Shown here one piece after another: positions 45,801 to 54,541 of a DNA stretch of 64,000 nt. The DNA is from an archaeon HR01. GTDB taxonomy: Archaea > Thermoproteota > Nitrososphaeria_A > Caldarchaeales > Caldarchaeaceae. The stretch covers positions 2,637 through 66,636 of the forward strand of contig BEHD01000010.1 in the NCBI GenBank assembly GCA_002898355.1. The letters are read 5' to 3'. The notes below the pieces were generated by a model that worked only from the letters and a program-made list of their open reading frames with translations, had not been told where the DNA came from and did no database searches. Each line of letters starts with the position of its first letter. The stretch's first letter is position 1. The position numbers were made by a program, and so were the translations under genes.

Positions 45801-47228
45801 TTGACGTATAAAATAACCGTCTTCAACACCCTCGGCAGGGAATATCAAGAATTCAAAACAATTACACCTGGACTGGTGAAGATGTATATCTGCGGCCCCA
45901 CAGTGTATGACTCGGCCCATCTCGGCCACGCCAGAACCTACATCGCATTTGACGCCATCATAAGATTCCTAGAATACATGGGTTACAGGGTCATCTATGT
46001 GAGGAACATAACCGATGTGGGACATATCCGGGAGGAGTCGGGCATGGATAGGATGATTCACGGAGCGGAGAGGGAGAGAAGGCATCCCATGGAGGTGGCG
46101 GACAAATACATGATGGAGTTTTTCAAGGATATGGATATGCTGGGTGTGAGACGGCCCGACATCCAGCCGAGGGCCAGCATGGTCATACCTGAGATAATCG
46201 ACGCTGTCCATAAGCTTATTGAGAAAGGCTTCGCATACACCGTCGATGGAAGCGTCTATTTTGAAGTCTCCAAATTCGACGGATACGGAAGGCTCTCCCG
46301 AATAAAGATTTCGGAGCTGCAGAGACATAGGCTGGAGCCGGACCCTAGAAAAAAGAGCCCCGGCGACTTCGCCCTCTGGAAAGAAGCACCGCCAAACTAT
46401 CCACTGGTCTGGAGGAGCCCCTGGGGTCTAGGATTTCCGGGATGGCATATAGAATGCTCTGTGATGAGCATGAAATATCTCGGAGAACAGATAGATGTTC
46501 ACGGAGGAGGCCATGACCTAGTCTTCCCACACCACGAGAATGAGATAGCCCAGTCTGAAGCCTTGAGCGGTAAATCGCCCTTCGTAAGGTACTGGCTTCA
46601 CACAGGTGAGCTGACGGTTGAGGGGCAGGGGATGCACAAATCCTTAGGCAACTACATAACCATCAGAGAGGCATTAAGAAGATATAGCCCAGACCTAATC
46701 AGGCTCTTTATCCTCTCCTCCCATTATAGGAGCCCTATAGACTTTAGCGAGAAGGCTATGGCACAGGCACGGGAGAACTTGGAAAAGATTGTTGATGCCC
46801 TAAACCTTCTCTCAGAGGCGAGCGATGGCGGAGGTGATGAATTGGCCAACTCTGTGGCGTTAGATGTTGAGGAGTTTAAAAGTGCTATGTGCAACGACTT
46901 CAATACACCGTCAGCCCTAGCGGCCATCTATGCAGCCGCAGATAAGGTCAGGGCCCATATAGGGATGGGAAGGCCCGTCGGCACCCCTTCAAAGGTGGCT
47001 GGGATGATTCTTGAGATGTGTAATGCATTAGGCCTTCTTAGAGGGTTTACACCCGTGAGGCTGGCCGTCGAAGCCGAGAAGGTCCTAAAGGTGTTGCTGG
47101 ATGTTAGAAGGGAGCTGAGAAGGCGGGGCCTCTATGAGATAGGTGATGAAATAAGGAGTAGGCTGGCGGAGATAGGGATAAAGGTGGAGGATACAAGGGA
47201 CGGGGAACGAGTCCGCTTAACTTTATAA
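45801..47228 (+). CDS. cysS: cysteinyl-tRNA synthetase
   Basis: CGPTVYDSAHLGHARTY (HIGH), Zn-binding Cys/His, KMSKS-variant GMHKSLGN. 475 aa. Confidence 0.85.
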   Translation: MTYKITVFNTLGREYQEFKTITPGLVKMYICGPTVYDSAHLGHARTYIAFDAIIRFLEYMGYRVIYVRNITDVGHIREESGMDRMIHGAERERRHPMEVADKYMMEFFKDMDMLGVRRPDIQPRASMVIPEIIDAVHKLIEKGFAYTVDGSVYFEVSKFDGYGRLSRIKISELQRHRLEPDPRKKSPGDFALWKEAPPNYPLVWRSPWGLGFPGWHIECSVMSMKYLGEQIDVHGGGHDLVFPHHENEIAQSEALSGKSPFVRYWLHTGELTVEGQGMHKSLGNYITIREALRRYSPDLIRLFILSSHYRSPIDFSEKAMAQARENLEKIVDALNLLSEASDGGGDELANSVALDVEEFKSAMCNDFNTPSALAAIYAAADKVRAHIGMGRPVGTPSKVAGMILEMCNALGLLRGFTPVRLAVEAEKVLKVLLDVRRELRRRGLYEIGDEIRSRLAEIGIKVEDTRDGERVRLTL

Positions 47229-47251
47229 AAGATCTGAGCAGGGACTTTTCT

Positions 47252-47962
47252 ATGAAAGCTGTCATACTCTCTGGAGGCTACGGGAAAAGGCTGCGGCCCC
47301 TAACCAACACCGTACCCAAGCCCCTCCTAGAAGTGGGGGGGAGGCCGATAATTGAGTGGCAGATAGAGTGGTTGAAATCTTACGGTATTAAAGAATTTGT
47401 TATATGCGCCGGGTATCTTAAGGAGAAAATATTGGAGGCGGTAGGGGGAGGGAATAGGCTGGGTGTAAAGCTTGGATACGCCGTAGAGGATGAGCCGCTG
47501 GGTACGGGAGGGGCCTTGAAGAACGCTAAACACCTTCTCTCGCTCGAGAAAATGTTTTTAGTGGTTAACGGCGACATACTAACCAATCTAAACCCCTTAA
47601 AGATGGTGGAGCGTATCAACGGCAAGATGGCTGTGATGGCGGTCACACCACTCCAATCCCCCTACGGTGTTGTAGACTTCGACAGGCAGTCATTGGTTGT
47701 GAAAAGGTTTAGGGAAAAGCCTAAGCTAGCAGATTACTATGTCAACGCCGGAGTTTACCTCTTCACCTCCGAAATATTTGATTATCTTCCATCGGTGGGC
47801 GATATGGAGAAGCAGACGTTCCCACATCTAGCGGAGAAGGAGCTCATCCTCGCTGAGCCCTATGAAGACATCCAGTGGATTAGTATAGACAGCCATAAGG
47901 ACTTGGAGGAGGCGGTGAAGCTTGTGGACGTTTTCAGGTATGCCGAGGTTGGAGGTGCTTAG
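47252..47962 (+). CDS. sugar-phosphate nucleotidyltransferase (short form)
   Basis: N-terminal MKAVILSGGYGKRLRPLT...PKPLL pyrophosphorylase signature. Confidence 0.75.
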   Translation: MKAVILSGGYGKRLRPLTNTVPKPLLEVGGRPIIEWQIEWLKSYGIKEFVICAGYLKEKILEAVGGGNRLGVKLGYAVEDEPLGTGGALKNAKHLLSLEKMFLVVNGDILTNLNPLKMVERINGKMAVMAVTPLQSPYGVVDFDRQSLVVKRFREKPKLADYYVNAGVYLFTSEIFDYLPSVGDMEKQTFPHLAEKELILAEPYEDIQWISIDSHKDLEEAVKLVDVFRYAEVGGA

Positions 47963-48452
47963 CCATTATCGCTGCATCTTCACCGTCAGCATAGTAGCCC
48001 TTCTGTATGCTGACCGTCCTAAAACCTAGTTTCCTGTAAAGGTTTATGGCCTGGGTGTTGGACACCCTCACCTCAAGATAGGCCTCATCGCAGTTATACG
48101 TATCAGCCAGCTCTCTGAGGACGTTGTTCATGAGCTGGGTGGCTATTCCAAGCCTCCGGTAGTTGGGAAGAACCGCCACCGATACTATATGCCCGGCCTT
48201 CCTCACCCTCAGCATGTCCAGCTTGGAGAATATCCTCTCCACCCTGCACATGACATAGCCGACAACCCTACCGTCAACCAAGGCCACCCAGAAGGCCTTG
48301 CCGAAGTCCCTCGCCAGCGACTCGAAAAACGAGTAGGTATAGTTTTCTGGGAGGCAGACCCTGTTGACGTTCATAACCTCTATGAGGTCTTCAATTCTAA
48401 CCTCTCGGAGGACGAGCTTCTCCTCTAAACGTTCTCTCCCAAAGGTTTGCAT
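47934..48452 (-). CDS. GNAT N-acetyltransferase (RimI/Ard1-like N-terminal acetyltransferase)
   Basis: Motif A region VSVAVLPNYRRLGIATQLM. 172 aa. Confidence 0.7.
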   Translation of the reverse strand: MQTFGRERLEEKLVLREVRIEDLIEVMNVNRVCLPENYTYSFFESLARDFGKAFWVALVDGRVVGYVMCRVERIFSKLDMLRVRKAGHIVSVAVLPNYRRLGIATQLMNNVLRELADTYNCDEAYLEVRVSNTQAINLYRKLGFRTVSIQKGYYADGEDAAIMAKHLQPRHT

Positions 48453-48536
48453 GGTTATGATGCGTAGCTTACGGTCTAACGGGTTTAATAAGCTTTATGG
48501 CCCTCTCACCCTAAAGACATTTAGCATAGTCTTGGC

Positions 48537-49649
48537 TTGTTGATGCAGATAATGAGTTGGGGTAGCTATTACGACCAGCTGGAGCAGATCAAGCTAGTCC
48601 TAGCCAGAAACTTCACCGTGGTGGATGTTTACTTTGAGGCAGGCGTCTTGACATTCAAGGTCTCGGAGACATGGATTAAGGAGCGGTTCAGGGAATGTGT
48701 GAAACAGCTCAAAAGCATTAACATGATAGCCACAGCCCGTCTCGAGTCTGACGGCGTCAAGATAAGGGTTTATCCCTATAGGCTTCCTCCAGCCAACAGA
48801 TATAGACTCCCTATAATTCTAGCGCTAGTATCCATTGTCGCTGTTGCGGCTGATGGGTATCTCCGCTCAACTTCATCCGTATTCAACCTACTACCCATAA
48901 GATATGGGTTCCCAGATATGGTTTTCAACGCAGCCATCTACGCCACATCCCTCTTCGCTATAATCTTCATCCACGAGATGGGCCACAAGATATCCGCTAG
49001 GATAGATGGAGTGGCTACAAGCGCACCCTACTTCATCCCGGGGCTGCCAGGCTTTATACCAACTCTTGGGGCCGTGATCTTCCAGAAGGAGCCGCTTACA
49101 AACCGTGACGACATGTTCGATATAGGAGTTAGCGGCCCGGTGGCTGGATTCATAGTTTGTGTCGTTGTTACGTTTATCGCCTTCGAGACAGCTATCTGGA
49201 TTCCAATAGACCGCTACATAGGAATAATAAGCGCTATCTCGGCGGAGGGGGCTGTTCTCGAGCCCCCTCTCCTCATCCAGCTGGTGGGGATGCTTTACTC
49301 AAGGGGTGGCGAGGCACCCTTCTTTATGAACGTAGGTTTTGCGGCATGGCTTGGGTTGGTTGTTACAGCCCTAAACCTCCTGCCGATATGGCAGCTGGAC
49401 GGCGGAAGAATATTCAGGAGCTTTCTGTCGAGAAGGCAGCACATAGCCGCTTCATACATCTCAATAGCTATCTTGGTGGCCTCGGGATATTATTTTATGG
49501 CGATCATGATCCTGCTCCTGATGTCCCGTAGCGCCGATATAGCCCCCCTAGATGAGGTATCCCCCCTCTCCCCCGGCCGGAAGCTGAGCATTATAGGGAT
49601 AATGGCCATTTTGATCCTCTCCTTCGTGCCAATTAGTAGATTGTTTTAG
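48537..49649 (+). CDS. site-2 protease family (M50) intramembrane metalloprotease
   Basis: HEMGH in TM helix (IIFIHEMGHKISA) and LNLLPIWQLDGGRIF (LDG motif). Confidence 0.7.
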   Translation: MLMQIMSWGSYYDQLEQIKLVLARNFTVVDVYFEAGVLTFKVSETWIKERFRECVKQLKSINMIATARLESDGVKIRVYPYRLPPANRYRLPIILALVSIVAVAADGYLRSTSSVFNLLPIRYGFPDMVFNAAIYATSLFAIIFIHEMGHKISARIDGVATSAPYFIPGLPGFIPTLGAVIFQKEPLTNRDDMFDIGVSGPVAGFIVCVVVTFIAFETAIWIPIDRYIGIISAISAEGAVLEPPLLIQLVGMLYSRGGEAPFFMNVGFAAWLGLVVTALNLLPIWQLDGGRIFRSFLSRRQHIAASYISIAILVASGYYFMAIMILLLMSRSADIAPLDEVSPLSPGRKLSIIGIMAILILSFVPISRLF

Positions 49650-50719
49650 ATATTTTCCAGCCTAGAGCCGAGAGACTGGGCTAGGACTAAGATTTTCGCC
49701 TCCTTGCTTTTAACCCGCCACGCATATGTCAGCGCCTGATCTAGGGTGTCGGCATGCCGCGCTCCTAGGAGCTTTTCCACCAGTGATGACGGGGTTGCGG
49801 TCACCATGCATATTTTATTCTTTTCAGCTCTTTCAGCCCATAGGCCTACCCATCTCCCGAAGATGTCGTCAGAGGCCTTCTTTGTTAGGGTGTCCACAAA
49901 GCTCTGCGGCCCCAGCCCTCCGGAGCATTCCAAGGGTATGATAACCACCTTATCCTTCACATTCTCCCCCACAGCAGATATGAGGTGTATCGAGCTTGAG
50001 AGGTAGAGGTCGGTGGGGTGGCCCGGCCCTCCCAAGACAATTATATCGTAGGCTTCCTCTGATGCGAGATGGGAGCGTTGCATGACGAGCTCAGATATTC
50101 TGTCGCCTATATCCTGAGGTCTCCCCACCAATATCTCTGCGACGGCTCCGCCATAGGAGATGATAGGGATGATCGACGTGTAAACCTTCTCCAGTCTATG
50201 AAATGTTGTTATCTCTCCACCCCAGAATATGGCGGGTGATACGAGGATATCTGCTTCAGATTGGTCTGGCTGGAGCCCAGATATTTTCTCAACCCCCCTC
50301 CTTCTCAGATGTGACGCCACCTCAGATATGCACTCCCTCTCCACATGTTCGGAAAAGTAGCGCCACGCCGTCACCCTTATCTCAATATCTTTAGGGGTGA
50401 AGCCGTTTATGGATAGTTTATCGACCAACATTTCAAGAAGCTCCAGAAAGCCTTTCAAGCCTGCGACATAATCCACAACCAGTGTAACGGGCTGCCCTGC
50501 ATCCAGAACCCCTACCACACCATCCAGTGATGGTGAAGAGTCCAGCGAGGGCTGGGGTGGCTCAACAACCCTAAGGTTATCTCCGGAGCCGAAATCTGCG
50601 AATATCTCTGTTCTTCCGTATTTAAGCCAGACATCAACCACGTACAGTGCCACCATGTTTCTTGTTAATATATATCGCCACGTTAGAACAGTCATGCCTT
50701 GCAGGGGAGAGGATTTCAT
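49646..50719 (-). CDS. LarA-like / DUF2088-like protein (weak assignment); start trimmed
   Basis: ORF-track N-terminal 100 aa is Ser/Thr low-complexity antisense to the neighbour and was discarded. The remaining approx 350 aa has two-lobed alpha/beta pattern loosely resembling lactate-racemase-family proteins. Confidence 0.3.
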   Translation of the reverse strand: MKSSPLQGMTVLTWRYILTRNMVALYVVDVWLKYGRTEIFADFGSGDNLRVVEPPQPSLDSSPSLDGVVGVLDAGQPVTLVVDYVAGLKGFLELLEMLVDKLSINGFTPKDIEIRVTAWRYFSEHVERECISEVASHLRRRGVEKISGLQPDQSEADILVSPAIFWGGEITTFHRLEKVYTSIIPIISYGGAVAEILVGRPQDIGDRISELVMQRSHLASEEAYDIIVLGGPGHPTDLYLSSSIHLISAVGENVKDKVVIIPLECSGGLGPQSFVDTLTKKASDDIFGRWVGLWAERAEKNKICMVTATPSSLVEKLLGARHADTLDQALTYAWRVKSKEAKILVLAQSLGSRLENI

Positions 50720-51326
50720 AGAGACGTTGATGGGGAGGAGGAGCTCCAAGCTGTTGAGGCCGGGGTATGTGCCTAGGGAGGTGGTGATTAAAGCCCTCGA
50801 GGCAGGTGTTTCGGCGGCTAACGCCCACAACGCACAGCCCTGGCGTTTTATAGTCGTTGACGACAAAGCCGTAATGGAGGAGCTTCTAAAGGAGATGGAG
50901 AGGTTGTGGCGGAGAGACTTGGTGGATGACGGGCTTGACGTGGAGAAGGTGGATAAGATAGTGGAGAACGCCGTCGGCAGAAGCCGTCGGGCTTCACTGC
51001 TTCTGGTGGCCTGCCTCACTATGGAGGATATGGATAAGTACCGAGATAGCGTGAGAAATCATTACGAGTACATTATGGCAGTCCAAAGTGTTGCTGCCGC
51101 TCTCCAGAATATCCTGCTGGCCCTACACGCTATGGGATATGGTGCTTGCTGGAGATGCTCAGCGCTCTTCGCACCTGAAGCTGTGAGGAAGGTTCTTGGG
51201 CTTCCTGAAGACTTGATACCGCAGGCCTTGGTTGAGGTCGGGTTAAAAGGTGGGGAGACGAAGGGTGTGAGACGGCCTCTGGGGGAGGTGGTTCACCATA
51301 ACAGGTGGGGTGTGGCATATTGTTGA
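50694..51326 (+). CDS. nitroreductase-family flavoprotein (FMN-dependent NADH/F420 oxidoreductase fold)
   Basis: LLRPGYVPREVVIKALEAGVSAANAHNAQPWRF is the nitroreductase N-terminal signature. 3' end overlaps the cofD start by about 20 bp. Confidence 0.7.
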   Translation: MPCRGEDFIETLMGRRSSKLLRPGYVPREVVIKALEAGVSAANAHNAQPWRFIVVDDKAVMEELLKEMERLWRRDLVDDGLDVEKVDKIVENAVGRSRRASLLLVACLTMEDMDKYRDSVRNHYEYIMAVQSVAAALQNILLALHAMGYGACWRCSALFAPEAVRKVLGLPEDLIPQALVEVGLKGGETKGVRRPLGEVVHHNRWGVAYC

Positions 51327-52246
51327 CAGCTTTAGCTGGCGGTGTGGGAGGCTCTAAGCTTCTTCTCGGGTTGAAGTATGAGATGAACGGTGTGGGCACG
51401 GCAGTGGTCAATACCGCAGACGACGAGGAGTTTTTCGGCCTACACGTATCACCCGACATAGACACGGTCATCTACACTCTTTCAGGGCTGGCTGACGAGT
51501 CAAAGGGATGGGGGATAAGGGGCGACACATTCCACACCCTCGAAATGCTTGGCAGGCTAGGATGCGAGACATGGTTCAAACTAGGTGATAGAGACTTAGC
51601 CATCCACATCTATAGGACGATGAGGCTGAGGGCTGGCGCATCACTCACTGAGGTGACCGCCGAGATAGCTGAAAGGCTTGGGGCAGGGTGGAAGATACTG
51701 CCAATGACTGATGACAGGGTACGGACATGGATAGAGACTCTTGAAGGGCCTATGCCTTTCCAGACATACTTCGTTAAACGTGGGGCCGCCGACAGAGTTG
51801 TATCCATCGAGTACAGGGGTGTTGAGAGGGCAAGGCCCAGCCGGGAGGTGGTTCAGGCCCTTAAGGAATCTGACGCTGTAATAATCTGTCCCAGCAACCC
51901 CTTTCTCAGCATAGAGCCCATCCTAAGGCTTGAAGGTGTTAGAACACTTCTTAGACAGATGGACGGCGTGGTGTTGGCGGTGAGCCCGATAGTGGGTGGT
52001 AGAGCTTTAAAGGGGCCGGCTGCCAAGATTATGGCCGACCTAGGCATGGAACCATCACCAGCCTCAGTGGCCGAGCTCTACAGAGACTTTCTAGACATCA
52101 TGGTTTTGGATAGAGTTGATGCGCATTACGTTGATGAGATTTCCTCGATGGGGATAAAGACAGTCATAACCGATACAATCATGAATTCTCTGGATGAGAA
52201 GAGGGCTTTGGCCAGAAGATGTCTTGAGGCGGTGGGTATTATTTGA
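51305..52246 (+). CDS. cofD: 2-phospho-L-lactate (or EPPG) transferase CofD, F420 biosynthesis
   Basis: UPF0052/CofD N-terminus ILLTALAGGVGGSKLLLGL and overall approx 310-aa CofD architecture. GTG start. Confidence 0.8.
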   Translation: MGCGILLTALAGGVGGSKLLLGLKYEMNGVGTAVVNTADDEEFFGLHVSPDIDTVIYTLSGLADESKGWGIRGDTFHTLEMLGRLGCETWFKLGDRDLAIHIYRTMRLRAGASLTEVTAEIAERLGAGWKILPMTDDRVRTWIETLEGPMPFQTYFVKRGAADRVVSIEYRGVERARPSREVVQALKESDAVIICPSNPFLSIEPILRLEGVRTLLRQMDGVVLAVSPIVGGRALKGPAAKIMADLGMEPSPASVAELYRDFLDIMVLDRVDAHYVDEISSMGIKTVITDTIMNSLDEKRALARRCLEAVGII

Positions 52247-52842
52247 GAAGGGCCGCAATAATACCTGTTAAGAGGCTTTCAGATGTGAAGAGTAGGCTGG
52301 GAACCAGGCTGGAGAAGTCTGAGAGGGTTGGCCTTAGCGTCTCAATGCTCAGCCACGTGGTCCAAGCATGTATGGAGGCGGGCTTCCACCCAGTATGCGT
52401 CTCGCCAGACCCTGAGGTTGAAAAAATCGCCAGAACCCAGCGGTGGGGGTACATAAAAGACCGTGGTAAATCCCTCAATACTGCGGTGGAGAAAGCGTTA
52501 AAGAGCCTTTCAGCCCAAGGCTATAAAGAGTTGGTGGTTGTACACCCCGACCTCCCCCTACTCACACAGAAAGATTTGAAGCAGATATCGACGTTGGCCC
52601 GGTTTTCAGATGCGGTAATCTGCCCAAACCTCGACGCATCAGGCACCAACATAGTCTACCTCCGGAGACCCAGGGCTTTTCATCCAAGATATGGGAGAAA
52701 CAGCTATGTACGCCATCTAAAGGGCTTCACATCCAGAGGCTTCGCAGTCAAGACCTACATCTCCCTAGGGACAGCCCTCGACTTGGATACACCCAGAGAC
52801 CTAAGACTTCTTTCTCTTCTTCGCACTTCTCCTCAGGGCTAG
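52243..52842 (+). CDS. cofC: 2-phospho-L-lactate / PEP guanylyltransferase CofC, F420 biosynthesis
   Basis: AAIIPVKRLSDVKSRL N-terminus typical of CofC/MobA-like NTP transferases. TTG start overlapping the cofD stop. Confidence 0.7.
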   Translation: MRRAAIIPVKRLSDVKSRLGTRLEKSERVGLSVSMLSHVVQACMEAGFHPVCVSPDPEVEKIARTQRWGYIKDRGKSLNTAVEKALKSLSAQGYKELVVVHPDLPLLTQKDLKQISTLARFSDAVICPNLDASGTNIVYLRRPRAFHPRYGRNSYVRHLKGFTSRGFAVKTYISLGTALDLDTPRDLRLLSLLRTSPQG

Positions 52843-54165
52843 ATAGGCTATGACCATCAACAGGGGTATCACCAGAAGCAGCTCCAAAACCAGCGGTAGA
52901 ACGGCGCCGGTCTCGGGCACAGAACTGGTGGGTGAGACCGTGGTTATGACGGTTGTTTGGGGCCTGCTCAAATCCACCTCACCAACAAAAACCTCAGCCC
53001 TATTGCCGACAGAATCCACAGCCACAACACTCATCAAAACCTTGGTTGCCCCACTGGGTGGATGGTAAACCGCCGAGTACCTACCGTCAGGACCGCCAGC
53101 CATAGCGACAGTCTCATTGCCGGAGACATAGACCCCTCTATAGATTGTGGCAACCGCTAAAACTCCGTCGGCTCCGATATCGCCTTCAGGGTCTTTAACC
53201 GTCGCAAGAACCTCCACCACACCCTCCCCAGTCTTCAAAGATGCCTCACTGATCTGTGGCGGCTTGGAGTCTGAGACCCAAGCCAGCGACTGTGATGATG
53301 AATCGATAAACCATAGTTTTTTATCTGAGCCGATGGAGGGTGTTGAGGGGATTACCTCGGGTAGCATTTTCTCTGATAGCTGGCCGTTCTCCACCACACC
53401 CAAGACCCTCCGATTGGGACTGGCATAGTAGAGTTTCCCGTTCGCTGCCACTATCTGAGGGTCAACGGCGGTACCAGACGGAAGCTCTACAACGGTTGAC
53501 GGCCGCTCCCAGCCCACCATGGATATTATCTTCCTCTCAACGGTGACCGCCCACAATCTCTCCCCCTCCGAGTCGACACCTACGACGACCCCGCCCAGCT
53601 CCACAGTCCTCACCTCAGACCCCCTCAGGACATGGATTCTCTGGAGGGATTCATCCAAGGCCCAGACGTAGCCTCCCGAGGCTGTGAGAGTGTTTAAACC
53701 ATCGGCAAGGGGTAGGTTATAGGCCTCCACAAGCTGGGAGGATTCTATATCGTATACAGCTAGAGTCCTAGCCTTCGGCATGGACACGAAGAGCCTCCCA
53801 TCGACATCCATGTCTGACGGCTTTGAGTCCAGCTCTATCCTGCCCAGCTCCCGACCGGATGTATCGTAGATCAGTATCTGGGGCGGTGTCTCGAGCTGGA
53901 GGAATATCCTATCCTGGGTCGTTAAGACCTTGGAGGGTACGCCGTCTAGGGCCACCTCCACATAGCGGCTGGCGGCGTCGTTGTAGATGCCGAGGACAGG
54001 CCTGTTGGAGAAGACTATGGCTACATTCTCTCCTCCTCCAGCAGATATTTGGGAGGGTACGCCTGTGGATGGTATGCTGACAAACCTAGGGTTTGAAAGT
54101 CCGTTGACTATCTGCGGAAAGCTTAGAAGTATTAAAAAGGCTAGGAATAGGAGGGCAACCCGCAT
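52801..54165 (-). CDS. secreted beta-propeller-like surface protein with C-terminal TM anchor
   Basis: Signal peptide MRVALLFLAFLILLSFPQIVNG. Repeated beta-strand blades. C-terminal TM LPLVLELLLVIPLLMVIAYLAL plus RRSAKKRKKS tail. Confidence 0.5.
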   Translation of the reverse strand: MRVALLFLAFLILLSFPQIVNGLSNPRFVSIPSTGVPSQISAGGGENVAIVFSNRPVLGIYNDAASRYVEVALDGVPSKVLTTQDRIFLQLETPPQILIYDTSGRELGRIELDSKPSDMDVDGRLFVSMPKARTLAVYDIESSQLVEAYNLPLADGLNTLTASGGYVWALDESLQRIHVLRGSEVRTVELGGVVVGVDSEGERLWAVTVERKIISMVGWERPSTVVELPSGTAVDPQIVAANGKLYYASPNRRVLGVVENGQLSEKMLPEVIPSTPSIGSDKKLWFIDSSSQSLAWVSDSKPPQISEASLKTGEGVVEVLATVKDPEGDIGADGVLAVATIYRGVYVSGNETVAMAGGPDGRYSAVYHPPSGATKVLMSVVAVDSVGNRAEVFVGEVDLSRPQTTVITTVSPTSSVPETGAVLPLVLELLLVIPLLMVIAYLALRRSAKKRKKS

Positions 54166-54176
54166 TCCCCAGCGCC

Positions 54177-54362
54177 CTACTGAGCCTGGGCCTTCACCTT
54201 CTTAGCCCGTCCCCGACGTCTTCTCCGCTTTTTAAAGCTGGCTCTGGAATATTTTAACACAGTCTCGCTGAGCTCGGGTGGAAGACCCTTCAACGTCTTC
54301 CTAAGTTTCTCAGCCAACTCCATAGCCTCATAGAACCTATCCAAGACTTTTCTCCTAGCCAT
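54177..54362 (-). CDS. small basic protein (hypothetical nucleic-acid binding)
   Basis: 61 aa. Helical N-terminus and Lys/Arg-rich tail KKRRRRRGRAKKVK. 11 bp upstream of the surface-protein gene. Confidence 0.3.
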   Translation of the reverse strand: MARRKVLDRFYEAMELAEKLRKTLKGLPPELSETVLKYSRASFKKRRRRRGRAKKVKAQAQ

Positions 54363-54541
54363 GACCTATTAAAGGCCTTTCTCTCACGATATAAAGATTT
54401 ATAAATCATTCCCCAGACTGGACGTCGTCAACCTGTCCCTCAGATATCTCCGCTTGTTGACGTTCTATTCCTCGGCAGTGGAGCGGCTGCGTTGGTTGTT
54501 GAGAAGGCTGGGTCGGTGGGTGGGGTTCTCTGTCTTAAAGA

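Noticed and set aside
50720-51019. N-terminal 100 aa of ORF-track call 49646..51019 (minus strand)
   Set aside because: Ser/Thr low-complexity sequence antisense to the nitroreductase gene. Trimmed to an internal Met, leaving divergent non-overlapping genes.
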